64,000 bases of DNA from Candidatus Eiseniibacteriota bacterium (GCA_963707915.1 OY970178.1:1056001-1120000); one strand, 5' to 3'; shown: positions 1 through 14,295, numbered from the stretch's first letter. Numbers and translations are program-made. Notes: generated from the letters alone by a model not told the origin.

Positions 1-339
1 CACCCGGCGGGACCGGCGCGCCAGCGCCTCGAGCAGCGTCCACGCCTCGGCCTTCTCCAGGTGCTCGATCGCGTCCACGCAGACCGCCAGGTCGTAGTGC
101 GGCGCGTCGGCGGGGAGCAGCGACTCGAGCCGGCGCAGGTCGCCGAGGTAGACGTGATCGTAGACCGGGTAGCGCGGCGGGTTGGCGTCCACCGCGTCGA
201 GGCGCGCAGGGGCCGCGTACTCGCGGGTCATCACGCCGTACTTGCCGTAGCCTGCTCCCACGTCGAGCACGCTCGCCGGCTGCTCGCGGGCGATGACGTC
301 CACGATCCAGGGGATCTGCCAGTGCTCGGAGGTCGGCAT
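1..339 (-). CDS. Class I SAM-dependent methyltransferase (partial; 3' end beyond window)
   Basis: Manual translation from ATG at 339: MPTSEHWQIPWIVDVIAREQPASVLDVGAGYGKYG... with SAM motif I (VLDVGAGxG) and YDLAVCVDAIEHL. Confidence 0.8.
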   Translation of the reverse strand, partial: MPTSEHWQIPWIVDVIAREQPASVLDVGAGYGKYGVMTREYAAPARLDAVDANPPRYPVYDHVYLGDLRRLESLLPADAPHYDLAVCVDAIEHLEKAEAWTLLEALARRSRRV

Positions 340-413
340 GACGGCGTTGCCTCGGTCTGGGGTGCGGCGGGGCGCGCGGAGCGCGGGCAACGTAGCACAC
401 GCCCCGTGCGGCG

Positions 414-1013
414 TCAGGTGCCGGAGGCGCCCCCGAGGCGCGCCCAGCCCGTGCCCTCGTGGCCGAAGCGGAACGCCGCGGGGTGCAGCATCTCGGCGAT
501 CGCCTCGAGCACTTCGGCGACCTGGGGTCCCGGCCGGCTGAAGAACGTCGCCCCGTCGGCCACGTGGACCCGGCCCTCGCGCGCCGCGCGCAGCGCCTGC
601 CAGTCGGGCCGCGACGCGAGCGAACGGGCCGCGGCCAGCGCGGCGGGCAGCCCCATCCCGGCCGGCGCGAGGATGACGACATCCGGGTCGGCGCGCCCGA
701 GGTCCGGCGCGGCCAGGGCCCGCGGCACGGCGCCGGATGCTCCCAGGGCGTCCTCGCCCCCGGCCAGCGCCACGAGTTCCACGATCCAGCCGGGCGCGGC
801 GAGGGCCGGGTCCAGTCCCGCGATGCAGGCCACGCGCGGGTGCCCGGGCTGCTGGGCGGCGCGCAGCGTGACGGCCTCGATCCGGGTCCGCAGGCGCGTG
901 ATCAGCTGCACGCCCCGCTCGGGCACGCCGAGCGAGTCGGAAACGCGCCGCAGGTCGGTCCAGAGGTCGGCCAGCGCGGGCGGCTGAGCCGGGACGTGGC
1001 GCACGGTGGACAT
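414..1013 (-). CDS. BtuF/cobalamin-binding-like periplasmic-binding-fold protein, C-terminal lobe only
   Basis: PGWIVELVALAGG, ADPDVVILAPAG, LRAAREGRVHVADGATFFSRPGP resemble the C-terminal half of BtuF-like proteins; start ATG 1013 inferred. Confidence 0.65.
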   Translation of the reverse strand: MSTVRHVPAQPPALADLWTDLRRVSDSLGVPERGVQLITRLRTRIEAVTLRAAQQPGHPRVACIAGLDPALAAPGWIVELVALAGGEDALGASGAVPRALAAPDLGRADPDVVILAPAGMGLPAALAAARSLASRPDWQALRAAREGRVHVADGATFFSRPGPQVAEVLEAIAEMLHPAAFRFGHEGTGWARLGGASGT

Positions 1014-1185
1014 GGGGCCTCGACGGGCTGCGGACGCCCGGAAGGCGGTCTCCTTCGGATGAGGGATCGGCACTCGCGACTGGCATCCCCTACTACACCG
1101 GACGCCACCCGCCGGTTCGCCGCTCGTCGCGCCACCGCGCCCGCCGCGCGTGCACGTGCCCGTCCCCATGGGGTAGCCTCGCCCG

Positions 1186-3606
1186 ATGCCCGACCCGGCG
1201 AGCCTTCCCGTCATCGGCTTCGTCCTCGTGGCGGCCGCCGCCCTCCTGGCCCGCGGCCGCACCGGGGCCCGCGCCGTCCCGTTCGCGCTCGGCGCCCTCG
1301 GCGTGGCCTTCGCGGCCCTCGTGCTGTTCGAGCGCTCCGGCGCCGCCCTGCCGGCCAGCTCGGCGCTGGCCGCCCTGGCCCGCACCCTGGCCACCGCTGC
1401 CGCGCTCGTGCTGTGGGGAGCGCTCTGCGTGCTCGCGTTCCACCGGGCCCGGCGCCGCGACCTCGTGGTCATCGCGATCTTCGGGCTGTTCACGGCGCTC
1501 GTCCTGTCGGAACCGGGACGCCCCGTCGGCATCTCCCTCCTGCTCGCGCTGCCGATGATCGCGCGCTGGCGCTGGCAGGACTCCGCCGGGCGGCGTGCCC
1601 AGGGCCTCGCCCTGCTCGCAGCCTTCCTCCTGCCGATCCTGGCGTTCGCGCCGGTGCCGGGGGATCGCGCCGCCGAGACCGCGGCCGGCTTCGGGCTCGT
1701 CCGCTTCGCCGCCTGGGCACGGGAACTCGCCGGCCTCTACTTCCTGCTCGCGCTGCCCGGGCTGCTGCAGCGGTGGAGCGTCCGGGTGCGCCGCGTGAGC
1801 CGGCGGCTCGCCCTCCTGCTGGTGCTGAGCGGCGTCGTGCCGGTGCTGCTGGTGACGACCATGTGGGGCTTCAGCACCCAACTCGGAGTGCGTGCCGAGC
1901 GCGCCGTGTTCGCCACCCGGCTGGTCGAGCAGGCGGCCGAGGGCCTGCGCGCCTCGCTGGGCGTCGCGCGTGCGGCGCGACCCGCGCGGCCCGACGCGCT
2001 CCTCGCGGTGGCCGCGACCCACCCTCGCTGGCCCGGCATGCGGCTCTGGCGCAACGGCGTCCGCCTCCGCGGCGAGCCGATCGACGACGAGGCCGTGCTG
2101 AGGCAGTGGCCGGACTCGCTGCCCCAGGGAACCACCCTCGCGCTGGGGCCCGACCTCTGGCTCGGGGCGCGTGCCGCGGGCGCCGGCGGCGACACGCTGA
2201 CCGCCCTGGTCCCGCTGAAGGAGGTGCTCGACACCGACATCCAGCGGCTGGTGGGCGCGCGGCTCTCCCTGTCGCCGCCGATCGCGGCGGATTCGCTCGG
2301 CGAGCTGACCGGCGTGACGCCGGCCTCGCCGGATACCGGCGAAGTCCGCGAGGACTCGCTGCCGGCCACGGCGGGTGGCGCGGGCGGGGATTCCACCCGG
2401 ATCACGCTGACCGTCGGCGGCCGGCGGCTGGCGGCGGGCGGTGGGTTCAGCATCACCGAGGGTCACGGCCTGCTCAAGTGCCTCCGCTGGGACGGGCGGC
2501 GATGGACCCGGGAGGAGAGCCTGCTCTCGGCCGACGTGCACTGGAGCGCCGCGGCCCTCGGGCTCTACTCCGGGATCCGCGAGAACCCGGCGGCGGTCCT
2601 GTCGCTGGCCCTCCTGGGCCTGCTCGCGCTGCTGCTCGCGATGCTGGCCGGAACCGACCTCGGCATGGTGCGCGCGCTCGGGCGCAGCATCACGGCCGCG
2701 GTCGCCGCGCTGCGGCAGGGCGCCGAGCGTCTCGAAGCCGGCGATCTCTCCCACCGGATCCCGGTCGAGGGCCAGGACGACCTTTGGGACGTGGCCGGGG
2801 CGTTCAACCGGATGGCCGTCGGGCTCGAGCGCGGGCGGCTGCTGGAGATCGAGCGGCAGCGCACCGAGGACGAGCTGGCGCTGGCGCGTCGCATCCAGGC
2901 GCGGCTGCTGCCGGCCGGCCCGCCGGCGGTCGCGGGGCTCGAGCTGGCCGGCACGAGCGAGTCCGCGCGCGAGGTGGGCGGCGACTACTACGACTACCTG
3001 CCGCTCGGGGACGGGCGCGTGGCGCTCGTCGTCGCCGACGTGTCGGGCAAGGGCGCCGGCGCCGCGCTGCTCATGTCGGGCTTCCGCGCCTCGCTCCTGA
3101 GCCAGGACCTCGCCGGCACCGGCCTGGCGGAGGTCGTCGGCCGGCTGAACCACTTCCTCCATCGCAGCGTCGAGCCGGGCCGTTTCGTCACCGCCTTCCT
3201 CGGCGTGCTCGACGGACGCGACGGCCGGCTGGTCTACTGCAACGCGGGGCACAACGCCCCGTTGCTGGTCGGTGCCGACGGCGGCGTGACACCGCTCGAG
3301 ACCGGGGGGCTCATCCTCGGGATCCTCGCCCACAGCCCCTACGAGACCGGCGAGGCGGTGCTCGAACCGGAGGGGCGGCTGGTGCTCTACACCGACGGGG
3401 TGACCGAGGCCGCGAACGAGGCCGACGAACTGTGGGGCGAGGAGCGGCTGATCGAACTGCTCCGCAGCATGAGCGGGGCCCCCTGCGCCGGCGTGGTGTC
3501 CCGGATCGTCGAGGAGGTGCGCCGCTTCGAGGGCTCGCGCGGCGCCTCGGACGACGTGACGCTGGTGGTGGCACGGCGGGCCCCGGCAGGCCCCGGACCG
3601 GCCTGA
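1186..3606 (+). CDS. Membrane PP2C/SpoIIE-family Ser/Thr phosphatase with HAMP domain
   Basis: Many N-terminal hydrophobic segments; HAMP (GDLSHRIPVEGQDDLWDVAGAFNRMA); VGGDYYD, ADVSGKG, NAGHN, LYTDGVTEA, SDDVTLVV. Confidence 0.9.
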   Translation: MPDPASLPVIGFVLVAAAALLARGRTGARAVPFALGALGVAFAALVLFERSGAALPASSALAALARTLATAAALVLWGALCVLAFHRARRRDLVVIAIFGLFTALVLSEPGRPVGISLLLALPMIARWRWQDSAGRRAQGLALLAAFLLPILAFAPVPGDRAAETAAGFGLVRFAAWARELAGLYFLLALPGLLQRWSVRVRRVSRRLALLLVLSGVVPVLLVTTMWGFSTQLGVRAERAVFATRLVEQAAEGLRASLGVARAARPARPDALLAVAATHPRWPGMRLWRNGVRLRGEPIDDEAVLRQWPDSLPQGTTLALGPDLWLGARAAGAGGDTLTALVPLKEVLDTDIQRLVGARLSLSPPIAADSLGELTGVTPASPDTGEVREDSLPATAGGAGGDSTRITLTVGGRRLAAGGGFSITEGHGLLKCLRWDGRRWTREESLLSADVHWSAAALGLYSGIRENPAAVLSLALLGLLALLLAMLAGTDLGMVRALGRSITAAVAALRQGAERLEAGDLSHRIPVEGQDDLWDVAGAFNRMAVGLERGRLLEIERQRTEDELALARRIQARLLPAGPPAVAGLELAGTSESAREVGGDYYDYLPLGDGRVALVVADVSGKGAGAALLMSGFRASLLSQDLAGTGLAEVVGRLNHFLHRSVEPGRFVTAFLGVLDGRDGRLVYCNAGHNAPLLVGADGGVTPLETGGLILGILAHSPYETGEAVLEPEGRLVLYTDGVTEAANEADELWGEERLIELLRSMSGAPCAGVVSRIVEEVRRFEGSRGASDDVTLVVARRAPAGPGPA

Positions 3607-3634
3607 GTCACGCGGCCTCCCGGACATTCGGCGG

Positions 3635-3663
3635 TTGCTCACCCGCCGGTGCTCGGGTACATT
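3635..3663 (+). promoter_or_regulatory. Putative sigma-70 promoter for hppA
   Basis: TTGCTC (3635-3640), 17 bp spacer, TACATT (3658-3663). Confidence 0.55.
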
Positions 3664-3837
3664 GCGCCGTCCTTCCAACTTTGGACGGCCCGTGCCGCGC
3701 GGGCCGCCGGGGCGGGAGGTCCGAATCGCTCCACCGACCGGGTGCCCCCTTCCATAGCGCGGACGCTTGCGCCATCCGTTCGGTGAGTCCCCTCCGGCGC
3801 GAGCCGGGTGCTTCAAGCACTGCCGAAGGAGCGTCGC

Positions 3838-6292
<2,455 letters not shown>

Positions 6293-6310
6293 CCCCGCCT
6301 CCGACCCCCA

Positions 6311-6343
6311 CGCGCCCGCGGGACCCCGAGTCCCGCGGGCGCG
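6311..6343 (+). terminator. GC-rich stem-loop after hppA
   Basis: 14-bp perfect inverted repeat CGCGCCCGCGGGAC / GTCCCGCGGGCGCG; no U tract. Confidence 0.45.
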
Positions 6344-6495
6344 GCGCCCCCGGCTCCCGCCCGGCGCCCTTCCCCACCGCCGCTGCCCGCTCCTTCCGCG
6401 CCGGCCCCGGCTCTGGTATTCCTTCCGCGGGTTCATCGCCTCCTCGCCCGGGGACCGCCCGTCCCCTGCTCGTGGACCACCCAGGAGAACGTCCC

Positions 6496-8298
6496 ATGCT
6501 CGCCCCCCCGCTGCGCCATGCCGGCGTCACCGCCGCGTGCGGCCTCGTCCTGCTGCTCGCGGCCGGCCCGGCCCCCGCGGCCCCCGCCCGCCCCGGGCCC
6601 CGGCCCGCCCCGGCGGTCGCGACCCCCGGCCTGCCGGTCGAGGAGCACGTGCTCTCGAACGGCATGAAGATCCTGCTCGTGCCCCAGCACCTCGCGCCCA
6701 CCGTCTCGGGCGTCTGGGTGGCCCACGTCGGCTCGGTCAACGAGTCGCCCGGCATCACCGGCATCTCGCACCTGTTCGAGCACATGATGTTCAAGGGCAC
6801 GCACGTCATCGGCACGCGCGACTACGAGAAGGACGTCCGCCTGATCGACGAGCAGGAGCGCGTGCGCGAGGAGATGCGCGCGGAACTGACGAAGATGCGG
6901 CTCGCCCAGCGGCGCGGCGAGATCGAGGACCTCACGAAGCCCGAGAGCCGCACGCCGCGCTACCGGGAGCTCGAGGCGCGCTTCGACTCGCTGGTCGCGG
7001 AACAGCGCGCCAACATGATCAAGAACGAGTTCAACCTGGTGCTGCAGCGGAACGGCGCCACCGGGATCAACGCCTTCACCACCGAGGACCTGACCGCCTA
7101 CTTCGAGACCCTGCCGGCCAACAAGCTCGAGCTGTGGTTCTGGATGGAGGCGGACCGGATCCGGAACCGCGTGTTCCGCGAGTTCTACTCGGAGCGCGAC
7201 GTGGTCTTCGAGGAGCGCCGCCGCGGCGTCGAGTCCACGCCCACCGGCAAGTTCGACGAATCGCTCAACTCCACCTTCTGGACCTCGAGCCCCTACACCT
7301 GGGACGTCATCGGCTGGCCGAGCGACCTGGCGGCCATCACCAAGGCGCAGGCCGACGACTACTATTCGAAGTTCTACGCGCCGCAGAACCTCACGGCCAT
7401 GCTGATCGGCGACTTCGAGCCCCGGACGGCGCTGGCGCTGGCCGAGAGGTACTTCGGCTCGATCCCGCCGGGGACGCAGCCGGTCCCCGAGATGATCACC
7501 ACCGAGACCCCCTCGGTCGCCGAGAAGCGCTTCTACGCCGAGGCCGAGACCAACCCGGCCGCGGAGATCCGCTGGCACACGGTGGCGTTCGTCCACCAGG
7601 ACGTCCCGGCGCTGCTCGCGCTCGAGCAGGTGCTCGACGGACCGACCGGCCGGCTGCAGAAGGGCCTCGTGCTGGGTGGCGGCGTCGCCACCAGCGCCCG
7701 GGCGAACTGCGATCCGCGCAAGTACGAGGGGCTGTTCTCGATCCAGGCCGAGTGCAAGGAGGGCCGCACTCCCGAGGAGCTGGAGAAGGCGATCTACGCC
7801 GAGCTCGAGAAGCTCCAGAAGGACCCGGTCCCGGCCGACGAGCTGCAGAAGGTCAAGAACCGCTACCTGACCGACGCCTACCGGCAGATGGGCGGCGGCT
7901 TCCTGCTGTTGTTCCGCTACGTGCTGGCCGAGGGCCGCGGCACCTGGCGCGACGCCGACCGCATCGACCAGGCGGTGCAGGCAGTCACCGCCGCGGACAT
8001 CCAGCAGGTGGCCCGCAAGTACTTCACCCGCGAGAACCGCACGGTCGCGATCTGGACGCGCAAGGGCGGCGCGGGCCCCGAGGACCCGGCGCTCGCCGGC
8101 CTGCCGCCCGAGGCCAAGGGCATGGCCCGGCAGATGCTGGCCCGCATCGACGCCATGACGGACGCCGCGCAGGTGCAGAAGATGCTCGAGCGCCTCGACA
8201 CGATGGGCGCCCAGGTGCCGGCCGAGATGAAGCCGGCGATGGACCTGGTGCGCGCGAAGGCCCAGGCCAAGCTCAACTCGCTCTCGAACCCCAAGTGA
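6496..8298 (+). CDS. M16 (pitrilysin/insulinase) zinc peptidase, catalytic subunit, exported
   Basis: Signal-like N-terminus; GISHLFEHMMFKG (HxxEH), NAFTT, ERDVVFEERR; AGGAG SD upstream. Confidence 0.9.
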   Translation: MLAPPLRHAGVTAACGLVLLLAAGPAPAAPARPGPRPAPAVATPGLPVEEHVLSNGMKILLVPQHLAPTVSGVWVAHVGSVNESPGITGISHLFEHMMFKGTHVIGTRDYEKDVRLIDEQERVREEMRAELTKMRLAQRRGEIEDLTKPESRTPRYRELEARFDSLVAEQRANMIKNEFNLVLQRNGATGINAFTTEDLTAYFETLPANKLELWFWMEADRIRNRVFREFYSERDVVFEERRRGVESTPTGKFDESLNSTFWTSSPYTWDVIGWPSDLAAITKAQADDYYSKFYAPQNLTAMLIGDFEPRTALALAERYFGSIPPGTQPVPEMITTETPSVAEKRFYAEAETNPAAEIRWHTVAFVHQDVPALLALEQVLDGPTGRLQKGLVLGGGVATSARANCDPRKYEGLFSIQAECKEGRTPEELEKAIYAELEKLQKDPVPADELQKVKNRYLTDAYRQMGGGFLLLFRYVLAEGRGTWRDADRIDQAVQAVTAADIQQVARKYFTRENRTVAIWTRKGGAGPEDPALAGLPPEAKGMARQMLARIDAMTDAAQVQKMLERLDTMGAQVPAEMKPAMDLVRAKAQAKLNSLSNPK

Positions 8299-8312
8299 CC
8301 GGAGGAGACGCC

Positions 8313-9882
8313 ATGAATCCCATGAACGCCTTGCGCCGGCCGCTGGCCTGCGCCGGACTGCCCGCCATGCTGCTCGTGGCCGCCACGCTCGCGACGTCGG
8401 CCCCGCCGGCCGCCGCCGCCGACCTGCCGGCGCGCCCGGAGCAGATCCAGTTCCCGACGCTCCGGTACGCACCGCCGAGGGCCGCCGACTACCGCGTGAA
8501 GCTCGCCAACGGCATGGCCGCCTACCTCGCGCCCGACAAGGCCATCCCGCTCGTGACGGTGACCGTGCTGATGCGGGTCGGCCCGGACCTCGACCCGGCG
8601 GGCAAGGAAGGCCTCGCCGCCACCATGGTGCACCTGCTGACGCGCAGCGGGACGCCGACCCTGACCGCCGAGCAACTCGAGGAGCGGGTCGGCTTCCTCG
8701 GCGCCCAGCTCGAATCGGGCATGGGCGGCGGCGGCGGCATGATGGGGCTGGGCGGCGTGCCCATCACCGGCACCGAGTCCCGCGTCACGCTCAACCTGCT
8801 CTCCAAGGACCTCGACGAGGGGCTCGCGCTGCTCACGGCCTGCCTGAAGGGCGCCGCCTTCCAGGAGGACCGGCTCAAGCTGCGCCGGGACCAGCAGCTC
8901 CAGAACATGAAGCAGCGCAACGACGCCACCTCCGACCTCGAGGAGCGCGAGTGGGGCTTCCTGATGCGCGGGGCGGAGCACTGGACGCAACCGCTACCCG
9001 ACCGAGGCCTCGATGAACTCGATCACGCGGGACGACCTGGTCGCGCTGCAGCGGCGCTACGTGGGCCCGCGGAACTTCGTGGTCGCGGTCGCGGGCGACT
9101 TCGACCGCGCCGCCATGAAGGCGAAGCTCGAGAAGGCCTTCGCCGGCTGGCCCACGCCGGGCGAGAACCCCGGTCCGCCGAAGCCGCCGGTGGCCCCCGC
9201 CGCGCAGGGCTGGTACGTCGTCGACAAGGACGTGAACCAGACCCGCGTCTCGCTCGGCCTGCGGGCGCTCGACCGCTACGACCGCGACTTCGCCGCCGCG
9301 CAGGTCATGAACTACGTCCTCGGCGGCGGCGGCTTCACGTCGCGGCTGGTGAACCGCATCCGCTCGGACGAGGGCCTCGCCTACACGGTGCGCTCGAGCT
9401 TCGAGGGCGGCGTCTACTACCCCGACCCGTGGCGCGCGTTCTTCCAGACCAAGGCGCGCTCCACCGCCTTCGCCATCTCGATCGCGCTCACCGAGATCGG
9501 CCGCGTGCGCGACTCGCTGGTCACGCCCGGCGAGCTGGAGACCGCGAAGAACGCGTTGATCGAGGGCTTCCCGGCCCGCTTCCCCACCGCGCAGGCCATC
9601 GCCGGCGCGCTGGCGGCCGACGAGCTGACCGGGCGCTACCAGCAGGATCCCGCCTACTTGGCCCAGTACACCGGCCGCATCGCGGCGGTGACCGCCGAGG
9701 ACGTGCAGCGCGTGGCGCAGCGCCTGCTCGACCCGGCGAAGCTGACGTTCCTGATGGTCGGCAGCGCGAAGGAGACGGTGCTGCCCGACGGCAAGCACGA
9801 CGTGCTGCTGACGAAGCTGGCAGGCGGCGAGCCGAAGCGCCTCCCGCTGCGCGACCCGATGACGATGAAGCCGATGCCGTAG
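8313..9882 (+). CDS. M16 peptidase non-catalytic partner subunit, with a one-base frameshift near 8988
   Basis: GGAGG SD; no HxxEH; LGGGGFTSRLVNRIRSDEGLAY; removing one base near 8988 gives HWT-NRYPTEASMNSITRDDL. Confidence 0.8.
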
Positions 9883-10034
9883 GGCGGCACCGGGTGCAGG
9901 GACACGGAGCCGGGGCGGGCGACCCCCCCGGCTCCGCCCATACCCCTTGCCCGCCACCCCGGGCACGGCGCTATGCTCCGCGGCGGCGGTCGGCGCCGCG
10001 CCGGTACCGCGCCACCCACTCCGGGAGGTGAATC

Positions 10035-10613
10035 ATGACGACCCCGACACGCTACGCGATCGAACCCGGGCCCGGCTTCCGCTCCCGCGAGGCCGCGCTG
10101 TTCGTCGCGCAGCTCGACGACCTCGGCCGGCGCCTGCTCGAGGACACCCGCACGCTCGCGCCGGCGGCGCTCGAGTGGCAGCCCGCACCGGGCCTGAACA
10201 CCATCGGCATGCTGCTCGCCCACGTCGCCTACTGGGAGGTGTTCTGGACGCGCATGGTGCTCGAGGGCCGGCCCATGCCCTTCGAGGTCCGCGACGTGCT
10301 GGGCCTCGACCGGGAGGACATCGGCACGCCGTTGCCGGCGGACGGGCGGGGGCCCGCGGGGCTCGCGGGGAAGGACATCGCGTTCTTCCACGGCCTGCTC
10401 GACCGGGCGCGCTCGCACACCCGTGCGGTCGCGCGGACCCTCGCGGACGCCGACCTGGAGCGCGAGGTCGTGCGCAAGCGCCCCGACGGGAGCGAGAACT
10501 CGATCACGGTGCGCTGGGCGCTCCACCACCAACTGGAGCACCTCGCCGCGCACCACGGGCAGGTGAACCTGGTGAAGCACCTGCAACGAGCCGGCGCGCG
10601 GCCCGGGGCGTAG
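10035..10613 (+). CDS. DinB/YfiT family metal-binding protein
   Basis: NTIGMLLAHVAYWE and HQLEHLAAHHGQV His motifs; GGAGGT SD. Confidence 0.8.
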   Translation: MTTPTRYAIEPGPGFRSREAALFVAQLDDLGRRLLEDTRTLAPAALEWQPAPGLNTIGMLLAHVAYWEVFWTRMVLEGRPMPFEVRDVLGLDREDIGTPLPADGRGPAGLAGKDIAFFHGLLDRARSHTRAVARTLADADLEREVVRKRPDGSENSITVRWALHHQLEHLAAHHGQVNLVKHLQRAGARPGA

Positions 10614-10652
10614 CCCGGCGCGCCGTCCTGCGCCGGAACGGGCCTCCCGCCC

Positions 10653-11822
10653 TCACTCCGCCGCCGCGAACTCCTCGAGGCGCGCCAGCCCCTCGGCGAA
10701 CACCGCAGGCTCCGGGATGAGGCTCAGCACCAGGTAGCCCTCCCCGGCGATGTCGTAGAAGTGGCCCGGGTGCACCACCACGCCGCGGGCGAGCAGGCCG
10801 AGCGCCCACTCCTCCTCGCTGCGCTGGCGCGGCACGCGCAGCACCGCACCCCAGCCGCCCTGCGCCGCGAGCACGCCCAGTTCCGGGCGGCGCTCGACCA
10901 GACCGGCCAGCCCCTCGAGGTTCGCCGCGATCCGCTCGCGCGTGCGCCGCTGGAACTCCCCGCGCGCCGCGAGCAGCGTCGGCAGCGCCACCTGCACCGG
11001 CGTCGACACCGAGAGGAACAGGTCCGCGATCCACTCGAGCCCGTGCAGCGCCTCGTCGCGGGCCGCCGCGGGACCGCCCGCCACGATCCAGCCCAGCTTC
11101 ATCTGGGGCATCCCGCAGACCTTCGAGAGCCCGCTCAGCACGAAGGTCGGCACCTGCGCCTCGCCCACCAGGCTCGGCAGCGGCGCGGCGCGGCCGGGCC
11201 GCGGGAAGTCGCCGAAGACCTCGTCCGAGACGATCGCGGCGCCGTGGCGCTCGCACAGCGTGCCGAGCAGGGCGCGCTCGTCCGCGTCGAGGCACGAGCC
11301 GGTCGGGTGGTTGGGCTGCACCACGATCACGCCGCACACGTCGCCGGCGAACGCCTGCTCGAGCGAGTGCCGGTCGAGGTGCCAGTCGCCGTCGTAGGCG
11401 AGCCGGTAGGGCCGCAGGCCCACGCCTTCGAGCGCGGCCAGCGGCTCGAACAGCGGGTACGACGGCGCGGGCACCAGGAACACCCCGCCCGGATCCGCGA
11501 GCAGCCGGAACAGGTGGGTGTAGGACTCGCTGGTGCTCGCGGTGAGCACGACGTGCCCGGGCGAGACCCGCGCACCACGCTCGGTGTAGTAACCGGCGAC
11601 CGCGTCGCGCGCCGCGCGGCTGCCGCGCGCATCGGGCTCGTAGCGGGCGCCTTCCGCCCGCGCCAGCGCGGCCAGTTCATTCGGGCCCGCCCCGCCGAGG
11701 CCGACGCGCGTCGGGTTCGTCTCGGACAGGTCGAGCAACCGCGCCTCCGCGGCACGGCACTGCTCCAGGGACCGGGCCCAGTCGTTGGGCTCGAAATCGT
11801 GCGGCAGCCGGCGCGAGAGCAT
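10653..11822 (-). CDS. PLP-dependent aminotransferase class I/II
   Basis: QPNHPTG, IVSDEVF, SGLSKVCG (PLP lysine). Confidence 0.9.
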   Translation of the reverse strand: MLSRRLPHDFEPNDWARSLEQCRAAEARLLDLSETNPTRVGLGGAGPNELAALARAEGARYEPDARGSRAARDAVAGYYTERGARVSPGHVVLTASTSESYTHLFRLLADPGGVFLVPAPSYPLFEPLAALEGVGLRPYRLAYDGDWHLDRHSLEQAFAGDVCGVIVVQPNHPTGSCLDADERALLGTLCERHGAAIVSDEVFGDFPRPGRAAPLPSLVGEAQVPTFVLSGLSKVCGMPQMKLGWIVAGGPAAARDEALHGLEWIADLFLSVSTPVQVALPTLLAARGEFQRRTRERIAANLEGLAGLVERRPELGVLAAQGGWGAVLRVPRQRSEEEWALGLLARGVVVHPGHFYDIAGEGYLVLSLIPEPAVFAEGLARLEEFAAAE

Positions 11823-11829
11823 GCGCCCG

Positions 11830-11858
11830 ACGGTACGGGCCGCGCGCCCGGCAGGCAA
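11830..11858 (-). promoter_or_regulatory. Putative sigma-70 promoter, likely leaderless transcript
   Basis: TTGCCT, 17 bp, TACCGT, then 7 nt to ATG 11822. Confidence 0.5.
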
Positions 11859-11972
11859 GCGGCCCCGGCCGGGACCGCGCCGACCCCGTGCGGGGAACCG
11901 CAGGGCCCCATCCAGCGTCGGGCCCCGGCCGGATGGCCGGAGCCCGAGCGCCAGGCGATGGACCGGCCGCGG

Positions 11973-13274
<1,302 letters not shown>

Positions 13275-13406
13275 GGGTTCTCCTCGGGAGGTGGGTCAGG
13301 GTCAGGATCACGGCTGGACGCGGTGCATACTGCCCGACCCGCGCGCCGGGCTCAAGCGAAAACACGAGGATGACGACGCGGGCCACGATAAGGTATGCTT
13401 TCGCAC

Positions 13407-13658
13407 ATGAAGCGAACCACCCTGGTGCTCGACGCTGCGCTCTACGGGCGGCTCCGTCGGCGCGCGGCCGACGAGGGGCGGACCCTCTCCGACGTGGTCG
13501 AACGCGCCCTGCGGCTCGGGCTCGAGGCGCTGGCGTCGAGCCGGCGCGGCCGCGTCGCGCTCCCCTCCTACGAACTGGGCCCGTTCCTGGTGGACCCCGC
13601 GAGGCGCGAGACCTTCGGGGCGATGGTCTCGCGGCCCGGCGAGCCCGGAGAGCGCTGA
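13407..13658 (+). CDS. Ribbon-helix-helix antitoxin (VapB-like)
   Basis: MKRTTLVLD...RAADEGRTLSDVVERALR; TGATG overlap with PIN gene. Confidence 0.75.
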   Translation: MKRTTLVLDAALYGRLRRRAADEGRTLSDVVERALRLGLEALASSRRGRVALPSYELGPFLVDPARRETFGAMVSRPGEPGER

Positions 13659-14161
13659 TGCGGGCCGTCGACACCAGCCTGCTGGCCTACGCCGCCAACC
13701 GCCACGCCCCCGAGCACGCGCGGGCGCTGCGGGTGGTCGAGGCGCTGGCCAACGGCGAGGCCCCCTGGGCGCTGCCCTGGCCGGTGGTCCACGAGTTCCT
13801 GCGCGTGGTCACCCACCCGCACGCCGTGGCGCGCGCCCTGGCGCCGGCGGATGCATGGGCCTTCATCGACGCGCTGCTCGCGAGCCACACGGTGCGGTTG
13901 CTCGGCGCCACCGAGGCGCACGCCGCGGCACTCGACGAGGTGGTGGCCTCCCTCCCGCCGGGAGCCGGCCTCCCGCCCGGGGTCGAGACCGCCGTGCTGC
14001 TGCGCGAGCACGGCGTGCGGGAACTGCTCACCGCCGACCGCGGGATGCGGCGCTTCGCGTTCCTCAGCGTCCGCGACCCGGTCCACGGTGAGGCCTGGTC
14101 GCCCACCGAGCGGCCCGCCCGGCGTTACCGGGTGCTCCAGCCGCGCGCGGCGAAGGGGTAG
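13658..14161 (+). CDS. PIN-domain VapC-family toxin
   Basis: VDTSLLAYA, WPVVHEFLRVVTHP, REHGVRELLTAD. Confidence 0.8.
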   Translation: MRAVDTSLLAYAANRHAPEHARALRVVEALANGEAPWALPWPVVHEFLRVVTHPHAVARALAPADAWAFIDALLASHTVRLLGATEAHAAALDEVVASLPPGAGLPPGVETAVLLREHGVRELLTADRGMRRFAFLSVRDPVHGEAWSPTERPARRYRVLQPRAAKG

Positions 14162-14295
14162 GCCCGCCGCCGGTCCCGCCCGGGGCACCGGCGGCGAGCG
14201 GGCTCGACGGGTGTCCCGGGCCGGGGCGCCGTCCGCCGCGAAGAACGGGATGGACTCGACGGCGGACTTCGCTCACCATCCTCCCGGGAGCCGTC

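Noticed and set aside
1014..1180. Cobalamin riboswitch upstream of the BtuF-like gene
   Set aside because: Weak GGAGACC similarity only; no GGGAA or GCCACTG core elements.
13275..13400. SAH riboswitch upstream of ahcY
   Set aside because: Only CCGAGGAG is present and it is the SD; the rest of the consensus is not visible.
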